Positions 10,178 through 20,294 of a stretch of DNA of 57,036 nt are shown piece after piece (the stretch's first letter is position 1; every line of letters starts with the position of its first letter). Below the pieces are notes generated by a model. The model saw only the letters and a program-made list of their open reading frames with translations. It was not told the origin of the DNA and searched no databases. Both the position numbers and the translations under genes were made by a program. The DNA is from Pseudonocardiaceae bacterium (GTDB lineage: Bacteria > Actinomycetota > Actinomycetes > Mycobacteriales > Pseudonocardiaceae). The stretch covers positions 1-57,036 of the forward strand of contig JBOHFC010000266.1 of the NCBI GenBank assembly GCA_050701375.1, given 5' to 3'.

Positions 10178-11181
10178 CGCAGACGCTCCGCGGCTTCTGT
10201 TGCCCAGTAGCTGAGGATCACCGACGCACCAGCCCTGCGGATCGAGGTGAGTGTCTCCACGATCGCGCGGTCGCGGTCGAGCCAGCCGCGTGCTGCCGCA
10301 GCCTCCACCATCGCGTACTCACCGGAGACCTGGTACGCGGCTACTGGTACGGGCGCCAACTCCGCCGCCCTGCGCACGATGTCCAGGTAGGACATGGCGG
10401 GCTTGACCATGACGAGGTCGGCGCCCTCGGCCACGTCCAGCGCGACTTCTCGGTCCGCTTCGATCGCGTTGGCCGGATTCATCTGATAAGTGTTGCGGTC
10501 ACCGGTGAGTTGCGAGTCCACGGCATCCCGGAACGGCCCGTAGAAGGCGGACGCGTACTTGGCCGCGTAGGCAAGCAGGGCGACATTGGTGTGTCCGGCG
10601 TGATCCAGCGCGCTCCGGATCGCCGTGACCTGGCCGTCCATCATGCCGCTGGGCCCGAGCACGTGCGCGCCAGCCTCGGCCAGCACCACCGCCATCTCCG
10701 CGTAGCGGGCCAGCGTCGCATCATTGTCCACCGTGTGCTCGCCCCACTCGTCCGGTGATCCAAGGACACCGCAGTGGCCATGGTCGGTGAACTCGTCGAG
10801 ACACAGGTCCGCCATGACCACACTTGCGTTGCCGACCTCCGCGACGACGTCCCGCACCGCATCGTTCAGGATGCCCTTCGGGTCGACGGCAGCCGAGCCG
10901 AGCGGGTCGCGGTGGGCCGGTACGGCGAACAGCATCAGCCCGCCGACTCCGGCGGTCACCGCGTCGAGTGCCGCTTTGCGCAAGGAGTCTCTGGTGTGCT
11001 GAAGCACGCGGGGCAGCGATGGAATTGGCATCGGCTCAGGTATGTCCTCCTTGACGAACACCGGTAGCACCAGGTCCTCCGGTCGCACGTGGGTTTCCGC
11101 GGCTAAGCGGCGCAACGCCGGGGTGCGCCGTAGCCGACGTGGCCGGAGCACTGGTTGCGGTGGTCGAAATCCGGTGGTCAT
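10174..11181 (-). CDS. hemB: porphobilinogen synthase (ALA dehydratase)
   Basis: [28 protein letters not shown]..., ...[13 protein letters not shown]... The start is set at ATG 11181, with AAGGAGG 6 nt upstream. The 438-aa ORF reaching 11490 would run through hemC. Confidence 0.93.
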   Translation of the reverse strand: MTTGFRPPQPVLRPRRLRRTPALRRLAAETHVRPEDLVLPVFVKEDIPEPMPIPSLPRVLQHTRDSLRKAALDAVTAGVGGLMLFAVPAHRDPLGSAAVDPKGILNDAVRDVVAEVGNASVVMADLCLDEFTDHGHCGVLGSPDEWGEHTVDNDATLARYAEMAVVLAEAGAHVLGPSGMMDGQVTAIRSALDHAGHTNVALLAYAAKYASAFYGPFRDAVDSQLTGDRNTYQMNPANAIEADREVALDVAEGADLVMVKPAMSYLDIVRRAAELAPVPVAAYQVSGEYAMVEAAAARGWLDRDRAIVETLTSIRRAGASVILSYWATEAAERLR

Positions 11182-11209
11182 GCGAAGCCTCCTTGGGCGG
11201 ATCATTGGG

Positions 11210-12196
11210 TCAGCGAGGATGGGGTGCGGTACGCGGATCCGCGACGGACACCGGAGTGCGTAACAACGGGCCGGCGCCTGCGGCGAGCAGAGCGTCGGCC
11301 ACGCTCTGGCCGAGCTCCAAGGCATCGTCGGGGTGACCGATCGCACGCCGGTGCACGATCGTGGATCCATCGAGTGCCGCGACGATTCCGTCCAGTCGCA
11401 GCATCCGCGCGCTACGTCGGTCCAATACCAGCTCAGCGTGCGCGCCGACCGGTGCGGTACAGCCGGCATTGAGCGCGCGCAGCACCGCACGCTCGGCCTC
11501 GACCCGCACCCTGCTCGGCTCGTGATCTACTGTCGACAATATGTCGAGCGTGGCGATGTCGCCGGCCCGGCACTCCACTGCAAGCGCGCCTTGCGCCGGG
11601 GCCGGGACGAGCTTGTCAAATGGGATCGGCGTGACGTCGGTCCGGCACAGGCAGAGTCGGCACAGACCGGCCATGGCGAGCACGACACCGTCCACTTCTC
11701 CATGCACGATCTTGGCCAACCGGCTGTCCACATTGCCGCGCAGGGGAATCACGCGTACTTCCGGTGCGAGCGCGCGCAGTTGGGCTGCTCGCCTGGGTGA
11801 GCCGGTGCCGATCCGCGCACCAGCGGGCAGGTCATTCGGTCGCATCGTGCCGTCGCGCCACACGAGTGCGTCCCGAGGGTCCTCCCGGACTGGCACGGCC
11901 GCTACGTGCAGCCGTGGATCAGGTGTCGTCGGCAGATCCTTGAAGGAGTGCACCACGAAGTCGACTTCGCCTCGCAGCAGGGCTTCCCGAAGTGCGGTAA
12001 CGAACACTCCGGTGCTACCGAACGCGGCGATGGGTTCACTGCTCGCGTCGCCGTCAGAGGACATCGGCGAGATCTGCACCGTATGACCGGCGGTAGTGGA
12101 TAGCGCGTCAGCGACCCACCTTGCCTGCGTCAAGGCCAACTTGCTGCGCCGGGTGCCCAGACGCAGCGGCGGCGCGGAGGTTGTCGGGCTGCTCAT
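11210..12196 (-). CDS. hemC: hydroxymethylbilane synthase (porphobilinogen deaminase)
   Basis: [17 protein letters not shown] signature and C-terminal dipyrromethane domain. ATGA overlap with the hemA stop at 12193-12196. Confidence 0.95.
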   Translation of the reverse strand: MSSPTTSAPPLRLGTRRSKLALTQARWVADALSTTAGHTVQISPMSSDGDASSEPIAAFGSTGVFVTALREALLRGEVDFVVHSFKDLPTTPDPRLHVAAVPVREDPRDALVWRDGTMRPNDLPAGARIGTGSPRRAAQLRALAPEVRVIPLRGNVDSRLAKIVHGEVDGVVLAMAGLCRLCLCRTDVTPIPFDKLVPAPAQGALAVECRAGDIATLDILSTVDHEPSRVRVEAERAVLRALNAGCTAPVGAHAELVLDRRSARMLRLDGIVAALDGSTIVHRRAIGHPDDALELGQSVADALLAAGAGPLLRTPVSVADPRTAPHPR

Positions 12197-13491
12197 GGTC
12201 GGCTCATCTCGGTAGTGTCCACAGTGGCTTGGGGTTCCAAGTCGAACAGGCGGGACATCGCCTCCGCATAGCGGTTTCCGTCGACGGCGGTAGTCAGTTC
12301 CTTGATGCGGGTGATTGGCGTATGTAGTAGCTTGCTGGCCACCCGGTTAAGCGCAGCCTCCGTCTCCGCCCGCTCCCGTGGACTGAGCGTCGGCAGGCGG
12401 GAGTGCAGGCGGCTCACCTCGTCGCAGACCAGGCTCGTCGCGCGCGAGTGCAGTGCGCTGATCAGCGGAATGGCTGCGGCCATACGATGCGAGCGGGCGA
12501 AGCTCGCGGCCTCGTCGGCGACGATCTTCCATGCCGCTCTCAGGTCGGATCCCGCACTGTGATCAGACAGCACGCCGCCGAGTACGTCGAGGGCAACGAG
12601 AGTCACCCCATCGATATCGCGGCAAGCTGGCTCGACGTCCCGGGGCATCGCGAGGTCGAGGCAGAACAGCGGGCGTTGGTCAGCCCCGCTGCGCGCCGCA
12701 CGTAGCAGCTCTGCGGTGACCACTGGCACCGGCGATCCGGTGGAGCAGACGAGTACGTCACACCCGGCCAGGCCTTGGGCCAGTTCGTCGGGGGCGAGCG
12801 CCGTGCCACCCACGGCTTCGGCCAGCCGTCGCGCGTTCGCCGGGGTCCGGTTGACCACCAAGAGATCTTCGATGCCCTCCTTGCGCAGTGCCCTCGCGGC
12901 GAGCGTGCCGATGGCACCTGAGCCGACCAGGAGCGCACGGCGGCCGGCCAGGTCGCCCAGCGCTGCGCGACCCAGCTCTAGGCCGGCCGAAAGCAGCGAT
13001 GGGGCGGCGCTGCCGATGTTTGTCTCAGTCCTGGCCCGTTTGCTTGCCCGGAAGGCGGCGTCGACCACCGAGCTGAGCATCCCACCTGCAGTGCCAGCGG
13101 CGCGCGCGGTTCGGAGTGCGGAGCGAAGTTGGGCGACGATGTGTTCCTCGCCGGTCGCCATCGAATCCAATCCGCAGGCCACGGCGCACAGGTGGGCCAC
13201 GGCCTCAGATTCATAACGCGACCGGACGAATCCGCAGACCTGTGATATGGACATTCCTGCGCGTTGCGCGAAGAAATGGTTGATCACGTGCGCGGCCTGG
13301 TGCGTCGGCCCGCTTATAATCGCGTAGACCTCAGTCCGGTTGCATGTGGACAGCAACATGGTCTCGCCGATCGCCGGGCTGCCGCACAGCCGGTGCAGCG
13401 CCGCGTCGAGCTCGGCTCTCGGCACCGCCAGCAGTTCGAGGACCTCGGTGGCGGTGGTCTTGTAACTCGCACCGACAGCAAGAGTCGTCAT
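12193..13491 (-). CDS. hemA: glutamyl-tRNA reductase
   Basis: LLSTCNRTEVYA catalytic-Cys motif and LVGSGAIG Rossmann motif. 432 aa. Confidence 0.95.
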   Translation of the reverse strand: MTTLAVGASYKTTATEVLELLAVPRAELDAALHRLCGSPAIGETMLLSTCNRTEVYAIISGPTHQAAHVINHFFAQRAGMSISQVCGFVRSRYESEAVAHLCAVACGLDSMATGEEHIVAQLRSALRTARAAGTAGGMLSSVVDAAFRASKRARTETNIGSAAPSLLSAGLELGRAALGDLAGRRALLVGSGAIGTLAARALRKEGIEDLLVVNRTPANARRLAEAVGGTALAPDELAQGLAGCDVLVCSTGSPVPVVTAELLRAARSGADQRPLFCLDLAMPRDVEPACRDIDGVTLVALDVLGGVLSDHSAGSDLRAAWKIVADEAASFARSHRMAAAIPLISALHSRATSLVCDEVSRLHSRLPTLSPRERAETEAALNRVASKLLHTPITRIKELTTAVDGNRYAEAMSRLFDLEPQATVDTTEMSRP

Positions 13492-13683
13492 GGGTTATTT
13501 CACCGTTCTCGTCAGTGGTGTTCGAGTAACGGTAGACGCGGGAACCCTTGCCGCTCAACGACTCGTTACCACTACGGCACTTGTTCCATCCCATCGACCG
13601 TCAACCGCACTTATCCGTCGCAGCCCGAGATTTTGCTGCTAGTGTCCACGGCGATCTTGGTTCGCGAGAGAAAAGGTGAAACC

Positions 13684-15087
13684 GTGCCAAACGAATCGGA
13701 CGTGCTCATTATCGGCGGCGGAATCAGCGGATTGACCGTGGCGCAGCAGCTCGCCAGTCGGGCACCTGGGTCCAGTTTCGTCTTGATCGAGGCCTCGGAC
13801 CGGGTCGGCGGCATCGTGGGTTCCTATCGGCATGCCGGCTACACGGTCGACACCGGCCCGCACGGGTTCGTTGTCTACGGCCCCGGCGGGGTCGCGGATC
13901 TGGCCAAGGAACTGGAACTGGACACGGAGATGATGGCTGCCGAGGACGCGGCCCAGCGGCTGTTCCTCCTCAGCGATGACCGTCAGCTGGTGCCGATGCC
14001 CACCTCGGTTCCCAGCTTCTTGCGCAGCCCGTTACTGACCTGGCGGGGCAAGCTGCGGTTCGCCGCGGAGATCGCGGTTCCCCGGCAACTCGAGGAGGAG
14101 CCATTCTTTCATTTCGCCGCGCGCCGCTTCGGGCAGGAGACCGCCAGGGCTCTGGCCGTTCCAGCGGTGCTCGGGGTGACCGGCGGTGACTCGCGCAACC
14201 TGAGCGTCGATGCGAAATTCCCGTATATCCGATACCTGGAGCGCACCAGTCGAAGCATCCTGATCGGCGCCTTGAAGGCAGAGTGGGAACACCAGCGTGC
14301 GGCGGGCCGCCGCATGCCGAGACTGCCCAGGTTCGAGGAGTTCGGAATGCGCCTCTACAGCTTCCGAGGACAGGGTATGCAAAGGCTCATTGACGCGCTG
14401 GAAAAGACTGTGGCACAACATCTTGTCCTGGGCAGCTCGGTGGACCGTATCGAGCGTGACGGCCGATCATGGCGGGCACTGACGTCGGACGGTCAGGTAT
14501 TCGTTGCCAGGCACGTCGTGCTGGCGCTGCCCGCGTATCGTGGTGCCCATCTGCTCCAACCGCATCTGCCGCGCTTTGCCGCGACGCTCACTGAGATCCC
14601 GCATCCGGACGTGCGAGTGGTCGGCATCGGTTACCGGCATAGCGACCTGAGCATCCAGCCGGACGGCATCGGATTTCTGACCATTCCCACCGAGCACACA
14701 CACATTCTGGGCACCATCCACACGTCCACGATCTTTCCCGAGCAAGCCCCATCGGGCACTGTACTGATCCGCACGCTGGCCGGCGGTGTCCAGGACCGCG
14801 GGTTCGCCGAGCTCACGACGCAGGAGGCGGTCGAGACGATCCACACCGACCTGGCGCGGATCTTCGGCATCCGGGGCCGACCGATCTTCTCCTTCGACCA
14901 CCTCTGGCGTCGGGCCATCCCCGAGTACCAAGTCGGCCACCGGGACCGTATCGACGCCGGCTGGGCCGCGGTCGCCCGGCTCGGCGGGATGCATCTGGCC
15001 GGGAACACCTACTACGGCGTGGGCATCAACGACTGCGTTCGAACCGCGCGCCGGGTGGCAGACGAGATCATCGGCGTCACCCGATGA
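13684..15087 (+). CDS. hemY: HemY-type FAD-dependent protoporphyrinogen/coproporphyrinogen oxidase
   Basis: VLIIGGGISGL......LIEASDRVGG dinucleotide fold and C-terminal WRRAIPEYQVGH motif. The start is placed at GTG 13684, in frame with the longer 13264 ORF, whose N-terminal 140 aa would overlap the hemA start. Confidence 0.8.
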   Translation: MPNESDVLIIGGGISGLTVAQQLASRAPGSSFVLIEASDRVGGIVGSYRHAGYTVDTGPHGFVVYGPGGVADLAKELELDTEMMAAEDAAQRLFLLSDDRQLVPMPTSVPSFLRSPLLTWRGKLRFAAEIAVPRQLEEEPFFHFAARRFGQETARALAVPAVLGVTGGDSRNLSVDAKFPYIRYLERTSRSILIGALKAEWEHQRAAGRRMPRLPRFEEFGMRLYSFRGQGMQRLIDALEKTVAQHLVLGSSVDRIERDGRSWRALTSDGQVFVARHVVLALPAYRGAHLLQPHLPRFAATLTEIPHPDVRVVGIGYRHSDLSIQPDGIGFLTIPTEHTHILGTIHTSTIFPEQAPSGTVLIRTLAGGVQDRGFAELTTQEAVETIHTDLARIFGIRGRPIFSFDHLWRRAIPEYQVGHRDRIDAGWAAVARLGGMHLAGNTYYGVGINDCVRTARRVADEIIGVTR

Positions 15088-15216
15088 GTGTCGGCGGCTC
15101 CGCTGGACGGTCTACAGCCGACGATCCTGCTCCCGGCCCGGCGATCGCGGTGGACCGCATGGTGGTGCACGGCCGCCACCCTCCGGTGGTTCCGATGGCA
15201 GTAGAGCCCGTCATAT

Positions 15217-15235
15217 ATACTACTGTTTGTAGTAT
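15217..15235. promoter_or_regulatory. Dyad operator ATACTAC-N5-GTAGTAT
   Basis: atactacTGTTTgtagtat is a perfect 7-bp inverted repeat overlapping the candidate ATG (15234) of the MFS gene. It is AT-rich in a GC-rich context. Confidence 0.55.
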
Positions 15236-16436
15236 GACGACTCGTAGTAAATCACTGGTGGGACGTGGAACCACCTCGAGTAGCCGAGTCCTTCGGGCGC
15301 TGTGCGCCACGGTGTTCGTCGACCTGCTCGGATTCACCCTCGTCTTGCCATCGCTACCTTTCTACGTTGCCCGGCTCGGCGGTGGCGGGGTGTGGCTCGG
15401 TGTGCTATTGACTGGCTACTCGCTGGCGCAGAGCTTGGCGGCACCGCTGCTCGGCCGGTTGGCCGACCGGCACGGTCGACGCCTGTTGTTGTTGCTCAGC
15501 TTGGCCGGATCGACCGTGTCGCTGCTGGTGATGGGGCTGGCCGGCTCGCTGTTGCTCTTGCTCGGCGCGCGGCTGGTCGCGGGCGTGTGCGGCGGGAGCA
15601 TTGGTGTGTCCCAGGCATTCGCCGCCGACGTCACGGCGCCGGCGGAATGCACCAAGGTCATGGGGTGGATCGGTGCTGCGACCGGGTTGGCATTTACTAT
15701 CGGCCCGGCGCTTGGCGCGCTTGCGGCCCCGTTGGGGTTCGGCACCGTGGCATCCGTCGCAGCCGGGCTCGCCGCCGTCAATTTCGTGTTCGCCTGGGTG
15801 ACATTGCCCGGCGCTGGCCCCGGGCGGACTCGACCCTCCGGGAATGGCGCCTCCCGACGACTGGTCGCACCGTGGCCGCTGCTCGTCGTCGGGTTCACCG
15901 GCATGGTCGCGTTCGTCAGCATGGAGACCACGGTGGCCTTGCTCGCCGGACACCGGTTCGGGGCCGGGCCGGGATTCGTCGGGTTGATGCTCTGCCTGGC
16001 CGGCCTGGCATTGGTGGTGGTGCAGGGCGTCGGCATCGGCGCCGCGGCCCGTCGATGGGGTGAGACGCGGGTTGCCGCGAGCGGTGCGATGCTGATGACT
16101 CTGGGCTTGCTGGTATTGCCGGTGGTTCCTGTGCCGGTATTCGTGGCCGCCGTCGTACTGCTGTCCGTGGGCTACGGCCTGACCACCGCGATCGTCGCCG
16201 GCATGCTGGCGACCTCAGGACCTGCCGAGCAGCGCGGCGCTCGGATGGGTCAGGGTCAGTCCGCCGCCGCCGTGGCCCGGGCAGTGGGCCCGCTCAGCGC
16301 CGGAGCACTGTTCGACCTCACGGCCTGGCTGCCCTATGTGATCGGCGCCGGACTGGGAGCGGCCGCCGCGATCGTCCTCAGTCTCCAATCAACAACTGTC
16401 CACAATAGGGTGTCGGCCGACGATGCGCGGTCCTGA
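15234..16436 (+). CDS. MFS transporter (drug:H+ antiporter-like)
   Basis: About 12 TM segments and motif A LGRLADRHGRR. The start is uncertain: ATG 15234, or an in-frame GTG shortly after. Confidence 0.8.
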   Translation: MTTRSKSLVGRGTTSSSRVLRALCATVFVDLLGFTLVLPSLPFYVARLGGGGVWLGVLLTGYSLAQSLAAPLLGRLADRHGRRLLLLLSLAGSTVSLLVMGLAGSLLLLLGARLVAGVCGGSIGVSQAFAADVTAPAECTKVMGWIGAATGLAFTIGPALGALAAPLGFGTVASVAAGLAAVNFVFAWVTLPGAGPGRTRPSGNGASRRLVAPWPLLVVGFTGMVAFVSMETTVALLAGHRFGAGPGFVGLMLCLAGLALVVVQGVGIGAAARRWGETRVAASGAMLMTLGLLVLPVVPVPVFVAAVVLLSVGYGLTTAIVAGMLATSGPAEQRGARMGQGQSAAAVARAVGPLSAGALFDLTAWLPYVIGAGLGAAAAIVLSLQSTTVHNRVSADDARS

Positions 16437-16534
16437 CGAAGGCAACCATCACAACACCGGTCCATCGCGGCCACATTGGTCGGCATGCTTTTCGCGCAGC
16501 GTGAACTCCCACCCGACTGGAGGGGTGATGTGAC

Positions 16535-17758
16535 ATGGCCGCCACACCGTGCGTCGTGGTTGGGGGAGGCCCGGGCGGGATGATGTTGACCTACCTCTTG
16601 GCGCGTAGCGGGGTGAACGTCACGCTGCTGGAGGCGCACCAGGATTTCGACCGTGACTTCCGAGGTGACTCACTTCATCCCTACACACTGGAACTACTCG
16701 ATACACTCGGCCTTGCGGGAGCGTTGCTAGCCCTACCGCACCACCGCGCTCGCTGGTTCCGGTTGCACACCCCGTCCGGCGAGGTGACGCTCGCCGACTA
16801 CGGCAAGCTGGCCACACCCTTCAACTATGTGGCGTTGATGCCGCAAGCTCGGTTTCTGAACTTTCTCGCCGAAGCGGCCGGTGCGCTGCCCGGATGCACA
16901 GTGCGGACCGGTGCCAAGGTCACGAGCCTCTTACCCGACGCCACCGGCACCGTACGCGGGGTAATATATCGGGACTCGGCCGGCGAGCACGAACTGACAG
17001 CCGAACTGGTGGTTGCCGCAGACGGCCGCTTCTCCCGGATACGGCGGTTGAGCGGGTTGCCGGCCCGACCGATGGGCGTTGGCAGTGACGTGCTGTGGTT
17101 CCGGTTGCCCCGCCGCGCCACCGACCCGCCGGAAGCCGATCTCGACCTGTACGTCGCCACTGGTCACTACATCGGCGTGCTTGGCGGCGTGGAGCACTGG
17201 CAGATCGGCTACTCGCTAGCCAAGGGCGGATACCCGGCGGCACGCGATGCTGGCGTTGGCCCGATTCGGGCGTTCGTGGCCGAGCATGTGCCGTGGCTGG
17301 CCGACCGCGCCGAGCTACTGACGGAGTTCAGTCAGACGACGCTGCTGTCCGTGGAGATCTCCTATGTCGACACCTGGTATCGCCCCGGGGTGCTGCTGAT
17401 CGGTGACGCCGCACATGTGATCTCGCCGGTCGGTGGCAACGGGATCCTGATGGCCATCCAGGATGCGGTGGCGGCGGCGAACCGGCTCGTTCCCGTACTG
17501 CGTGCGGGAACGGTGAGTGAGCTGGACCTCGCCGCGGTACAATCGGCGCGAGAATCGGCGATTCAGGCGGTTCAGGCACGGCAGGTGCGGGCCGAGCATC
17601 GTGTCGCCCGGACCCGACGCTCCGGTCCGCCCATATCGTTGCTGCGACTGGTCACCGGCGTGCCGGGGGCGAAGGCACGCGCGGCACGCACCAACGCATA
17701 CGGACCCCAATCGCCCCAACTGGACATCACCCTCCTCACGGCCAGCCCGCCCACCTGA
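16535..17758 (+). CDS. FAD-dependent monooxygenase/oxidoreductase (UbiH/PHBH-like)
   Basis: VVVGGGPGGMMLTYLLARSG.NVTLLE GxGxxG fold. LIGDAAHVISPVGGNGILMAIQDA matches the class A flavoprotein signature. Confidence 0.8.
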   Translation: MAATPCVVVGGGPGGMMLTYLLARSGVNVTLLEAHQDFDRDFRGDSLHPYTLELLDTLGLAGALLALPHHRARWFRLHTPSGEVTLADYGKLATPFNYVALMPQARFLNFLAEAAGALPGCTVRTGAKVTSLLPDATGTVRGVIYRDSAGEHELTAELVVAADGRFSRIRRLSGLPARPMGVGSDVLWFRLPRRATDPPEADLDLYVATGHYIGVLGGVEHWQIGYSLAKGGYPAARDAGVGPIRAFVAEHVPWLADRAELLTEFSQTTLLSVEISYVDTWYRPGVLLIGDAAHVISPVGGNGILMAIQDAVAAANRLVPVLRAGTVSELDLAAVQSARESAIQAVQARQVRAEHRVARTRRSGPPISLLRLVTGVPGAKARAARTNAYGPQSPQLDITLLTASPPT

Positions 17759-17866
17759 GCATTCCTCAAGATGCATCGCGTCCTCGTCAGTCGCTCGAGC
17801 ACGGGTCAACACGGTGGCGTAGCCCATTAGTCGGCTGGACGATAACCGACCTGACGCGTCGCCATC

Positions 17867-17889
17867 TAGTACTACATGATGTAGTACTA
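17867..17889. promoter_or_regulatory. Perfect 23-bp palindrome containing TACTAC-N5-GTAGTA
   Basis: tagtactacatGatgtagtacta has 11-bp arms and ends 4 nt before the ATG (17893) of the GT39 gene. Confidence 0.6.
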
Positions 17890-17892
17890 CGC

Positions 17893-19797
17893 ATGAACGA
17901 AGAAGTGATCCACTCACCAAGGGGCGCCGCGGGTACCGACGATGTCGGTCGCTCGGCACGGGGGGACCGATGGACGATGGTCGCACTGACCACCGCAGCG
18001 GCAGCTCTATACGGCTGGGGCATCGCGCACGGCGCGGTGCACTACTACTACGGCGCCGCGGTGCGCAGTATGAGCGCTAGTTGGCACAACATGGCGTTCG
18101 GCGCCTTCGATCCAGGTGGATTCATCAGCGTCGACAAGCTGCCAGGGGCGTTCTGGATCCAGGCGCTGTTCGTGCGAACGCTCGGTTTCCACCGCTGGGT
18201 GGTGCTGTTGCCACAGGCGCTGGCCGCCACGGTGACTGTGCAGCTACTCTACGCCACCGTGCGCCGCTGGCGCGGACATCGCGCAGCCGTGCTTGCCGCG
18301 CTCACACTGCTGGCCACCCCGGTGACCTACGCTGTCGTTCGAGTGAACCTGCCGGACACGCTGCTGGTGCTGTGCCTGGTCGCAGCCGCGTACACGACCA
18401 CCCGAGCGGTTGCCGACGGTAGTCGGCGCTGGCTGGTCGGCAGTGGTGTGCTGCTCGGACTGGGGTTCCAGGTGAAGATGTTGGAAGCACTGCTGGTGCT
18501 CCCGGCGGTGCTCACCGCCTCTCTTGTCGCGGTCGCAGGGCCGACGCGAACGAAGTGGGCGCGGGCCGCGCTGCTCGTCGTCGTCACCGTCGGAGTGTCG
18601 CTGTCGTGGATGCTCGTCGTGACCGCTGTGCCGGCCAACGACCGGCCGCACGTCGACGGCAGCGCCACCAACTCGGTGTGGGACATGGTGTTCGGCTTCA
18701 ACGGCATCCACCGCGTGACCGGCAGCACGCCGCTGCCGTTCGGCGGTCCGCCCGACCCGCTACGGTTGCTCATCAACCCGGTGGGCGGCCAAATCGGCTG
18801 GTTACTTCCGTTGGCGCTGCTATCACTCGCCTTTGCCTTCCCCGGCTGCCGCGGTGCTGGCCGCGCGGCGATCGCCGGGTGGGTGCTGTGGGGTGGGTGG
18901 CTTGTCACCGCGGTGTTGGTCTTCAGCGCCGCACCAGGAATCCATCCTTATTACACCGTTCTACTCGCCCCCGCGGTGGCCGCCGTGTCGGGCGCCGGAC
19001 TCGATCAGCTGCTTACCGGGGCACGGCGTGGAACGGCGCTGCGGTGGTGCTTGCCGATCGCGGTCACCGGCACGGTCATCTGGGGGCTCGTGCTGGGCGC
19101 CCGCGCACCCGGAGCCATCGACTGGCTGGCGCCGCTGCTGATCATGTTCAGCACGCTGCTGATGCTGTCGCTGGCGCGAGCGACACCCAGGTTTCGAGCA
19201 GTAATGACAACGGTCGCCGTACTGGCGGCACCGGCCGCATGGATCACCCTTACCCCACCGCTCACCGCCAACTCGATGTCCACGGTCAACCCGGCTGCCG
19301 GGCCCGCAGCGCCCGAGGTCGTCTTCGGCTCACCCAACCCAGCCGTCGCACTGACCCTGATGTTTGGCATGCCGCCGGGCGGGCCGCCACCCACTGCATC
19401 GACGCCCCTCCCCGGCACCCGCATCGATCACCTCCTGTTGCACTACCTCCGCAGCCATCAGAACGACGAGCGTTACCTGTTCGCTACCGCAGACGCCAGT
19501 AGCGCCGCACCATACGTCGCAGCGGGTATTCCGGTGCTCCCCATGGGTGGATTCACCGCGTCCACGCCCGCGCCCACCCTGTTCGAGCTGGCGACCCTCG
19601 TCCGCTCTGGAGACCTACGGTTCGTCTGGATGGTTGTTACGCCGGGCGCGCCCGGCCCCCTCGGTGCGCGATCACGATGGGTTCTCAATCACTGCGCCGT
19701 CGTCGCGCCAGGGCGCTATCGCGAATTCGCAGAACCCGCAGCAGCTCGCTGGGCGCCCGCCCTGTACGACTGCCAGGTCACTCCCTCAGGCGAGTGA
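17893..19797 (+). CDS. glycosyltransferase family 39 (ArnT/PMT-like) integral membrane protein
   Basis: 634 aa and many TM segments. The N-terminal region YGWGIAHG.VHYYYGAAVRSMSASWHNM.FGAFDPGGFISVDKLPGAFWIQAL is typical of actinobacterial GT39/DUF2029-like mannosyltransferases. Confidence 0.75.
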   Translation: MNEEVIHSPRGAAGTDDVGRSARGDRWTMVALTTAAAALYGWGIAHGAVHYYYGAAVRSMSASWHNMAFGAFDPGGFISVDKLPGAFWIQALFVRTLGFHRWVVLLPQALAATVTVQLLYATVRRWRGHRAAVLAALTLLATPVTYAVVRVNLPDTLLVLCLVAAAYTTTRAVADGSRRWLVGSGVLLGLGFQVKMLEALLVLPAVLTASLVAVAGPTRTKWARAALLVVVTVGVSLSWMLVVTAVPANDRPHVDGSATNSVWDMVFGFNGIHRVTGSTPLPFGGPPDPLRLLINPVGGQIGWLLPLALLSLAFAFPGCRGAGRAAIAGWVLWGGWLVTAVLVFSAAPGIHPYYTVLLAPAVAAVSGAGLDQLLTGARRGTALRWCLPIAVTGTVIWGLVLGARAPGAIDWLAPLLIMFSTLLMLSLARATPRFRAVMTTVAVLAAPAAWITLTPPLTANSMSTVNPAAGPAAPEVVFGSPNPAVALTLMFGMPPGGPPPTASTPLPGTRIDHLLLHYLRSHQNDERYLFATADASSAAPYVAAGIPVLPMGGFTASTPAPTLFELATLVRSGDLRFVWMVVTPGAPGPLGARSRWVLNHCAVVAPGRYREFAEPAAARWAPALYDCQVTPSGE

Positions 19798-20252
19798 TCA
19801 CAAGGTGGGCAGACCCGAGGCCCGAAACGAACACTGGGCGCACGAATGATCAAGGCTAGTACCGCACCGGTCACCGCGAGGCTGCCGATAAACGCGGCCG
19901 TAGCGCGGCGGCGGCCAAGGCTGACGTCCCGATTCGTCGAAGCCAGCACGGTGTGCACCAGGTCAATCCCGACTCCCGCCCACAACCAGCCTACCAACCG
20001 GCGCGGGGACTTTCGTGATCGGTGCAATCCGGATCCGAGTGCCGCATCCGTTCCGGCGAAGAGCAGACCGAGTATCGTGGCACCTGGGCCGTCGAAGCGA
20101 GATCCGAACAGCTCGGTCATCAGCTTTCGCGGGTACAGGCCGCACGCCACGGCGAAGAGGCCACGGGTACCGACCGCGGTGGTCACCAAGGCCGTGACGA
20201 GCTTTTGTACCGCTGCACCGTGACGACGGTCCGACGAAAATGTGTCTGCCAT
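19716..20252 (-). CDS. hypothetical small membrane protein
   Basis: 178-aa ORF with moderate coding signal and 3-4 hydrophobic segments. Its 3' end overlaps the convergent GT39 gene by 82 nt. Confidence 0.4.
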   Translation of the reverse strand: MADTFSSDRRHGAAVQKLVTALVTTAVGTRGLFAVACGLYPRKLMTELFGSRFDGPGATILGLLFAGTDAALGSGLHRSRKSPRRLVGWLWAGVGIDLVHTVLASTNRDVSLGRRRATAAFIGSLAVTGAVLALIIRAPSVRFGPRVCPPCDHSPEGVTWQSYRAGAQRAAAGSANSR

Positions 20253-20294
20253 CTCACTCCGCTCGTAATTGACAGCGATGCGGGCGCTATTGAA

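Noticed and set aside
15084-15233. ATG 15084 (ATGA overlap with the hemY stop) as the MFS start
   Set aside because: The extra 50 codons are low-complexity. They run through the AT-rich ATACTAC-N5-GTAGTAT palindrome using codons (ata tat act act gtt tgt agt) that are very rare in this genome. It remains possible but less likely.
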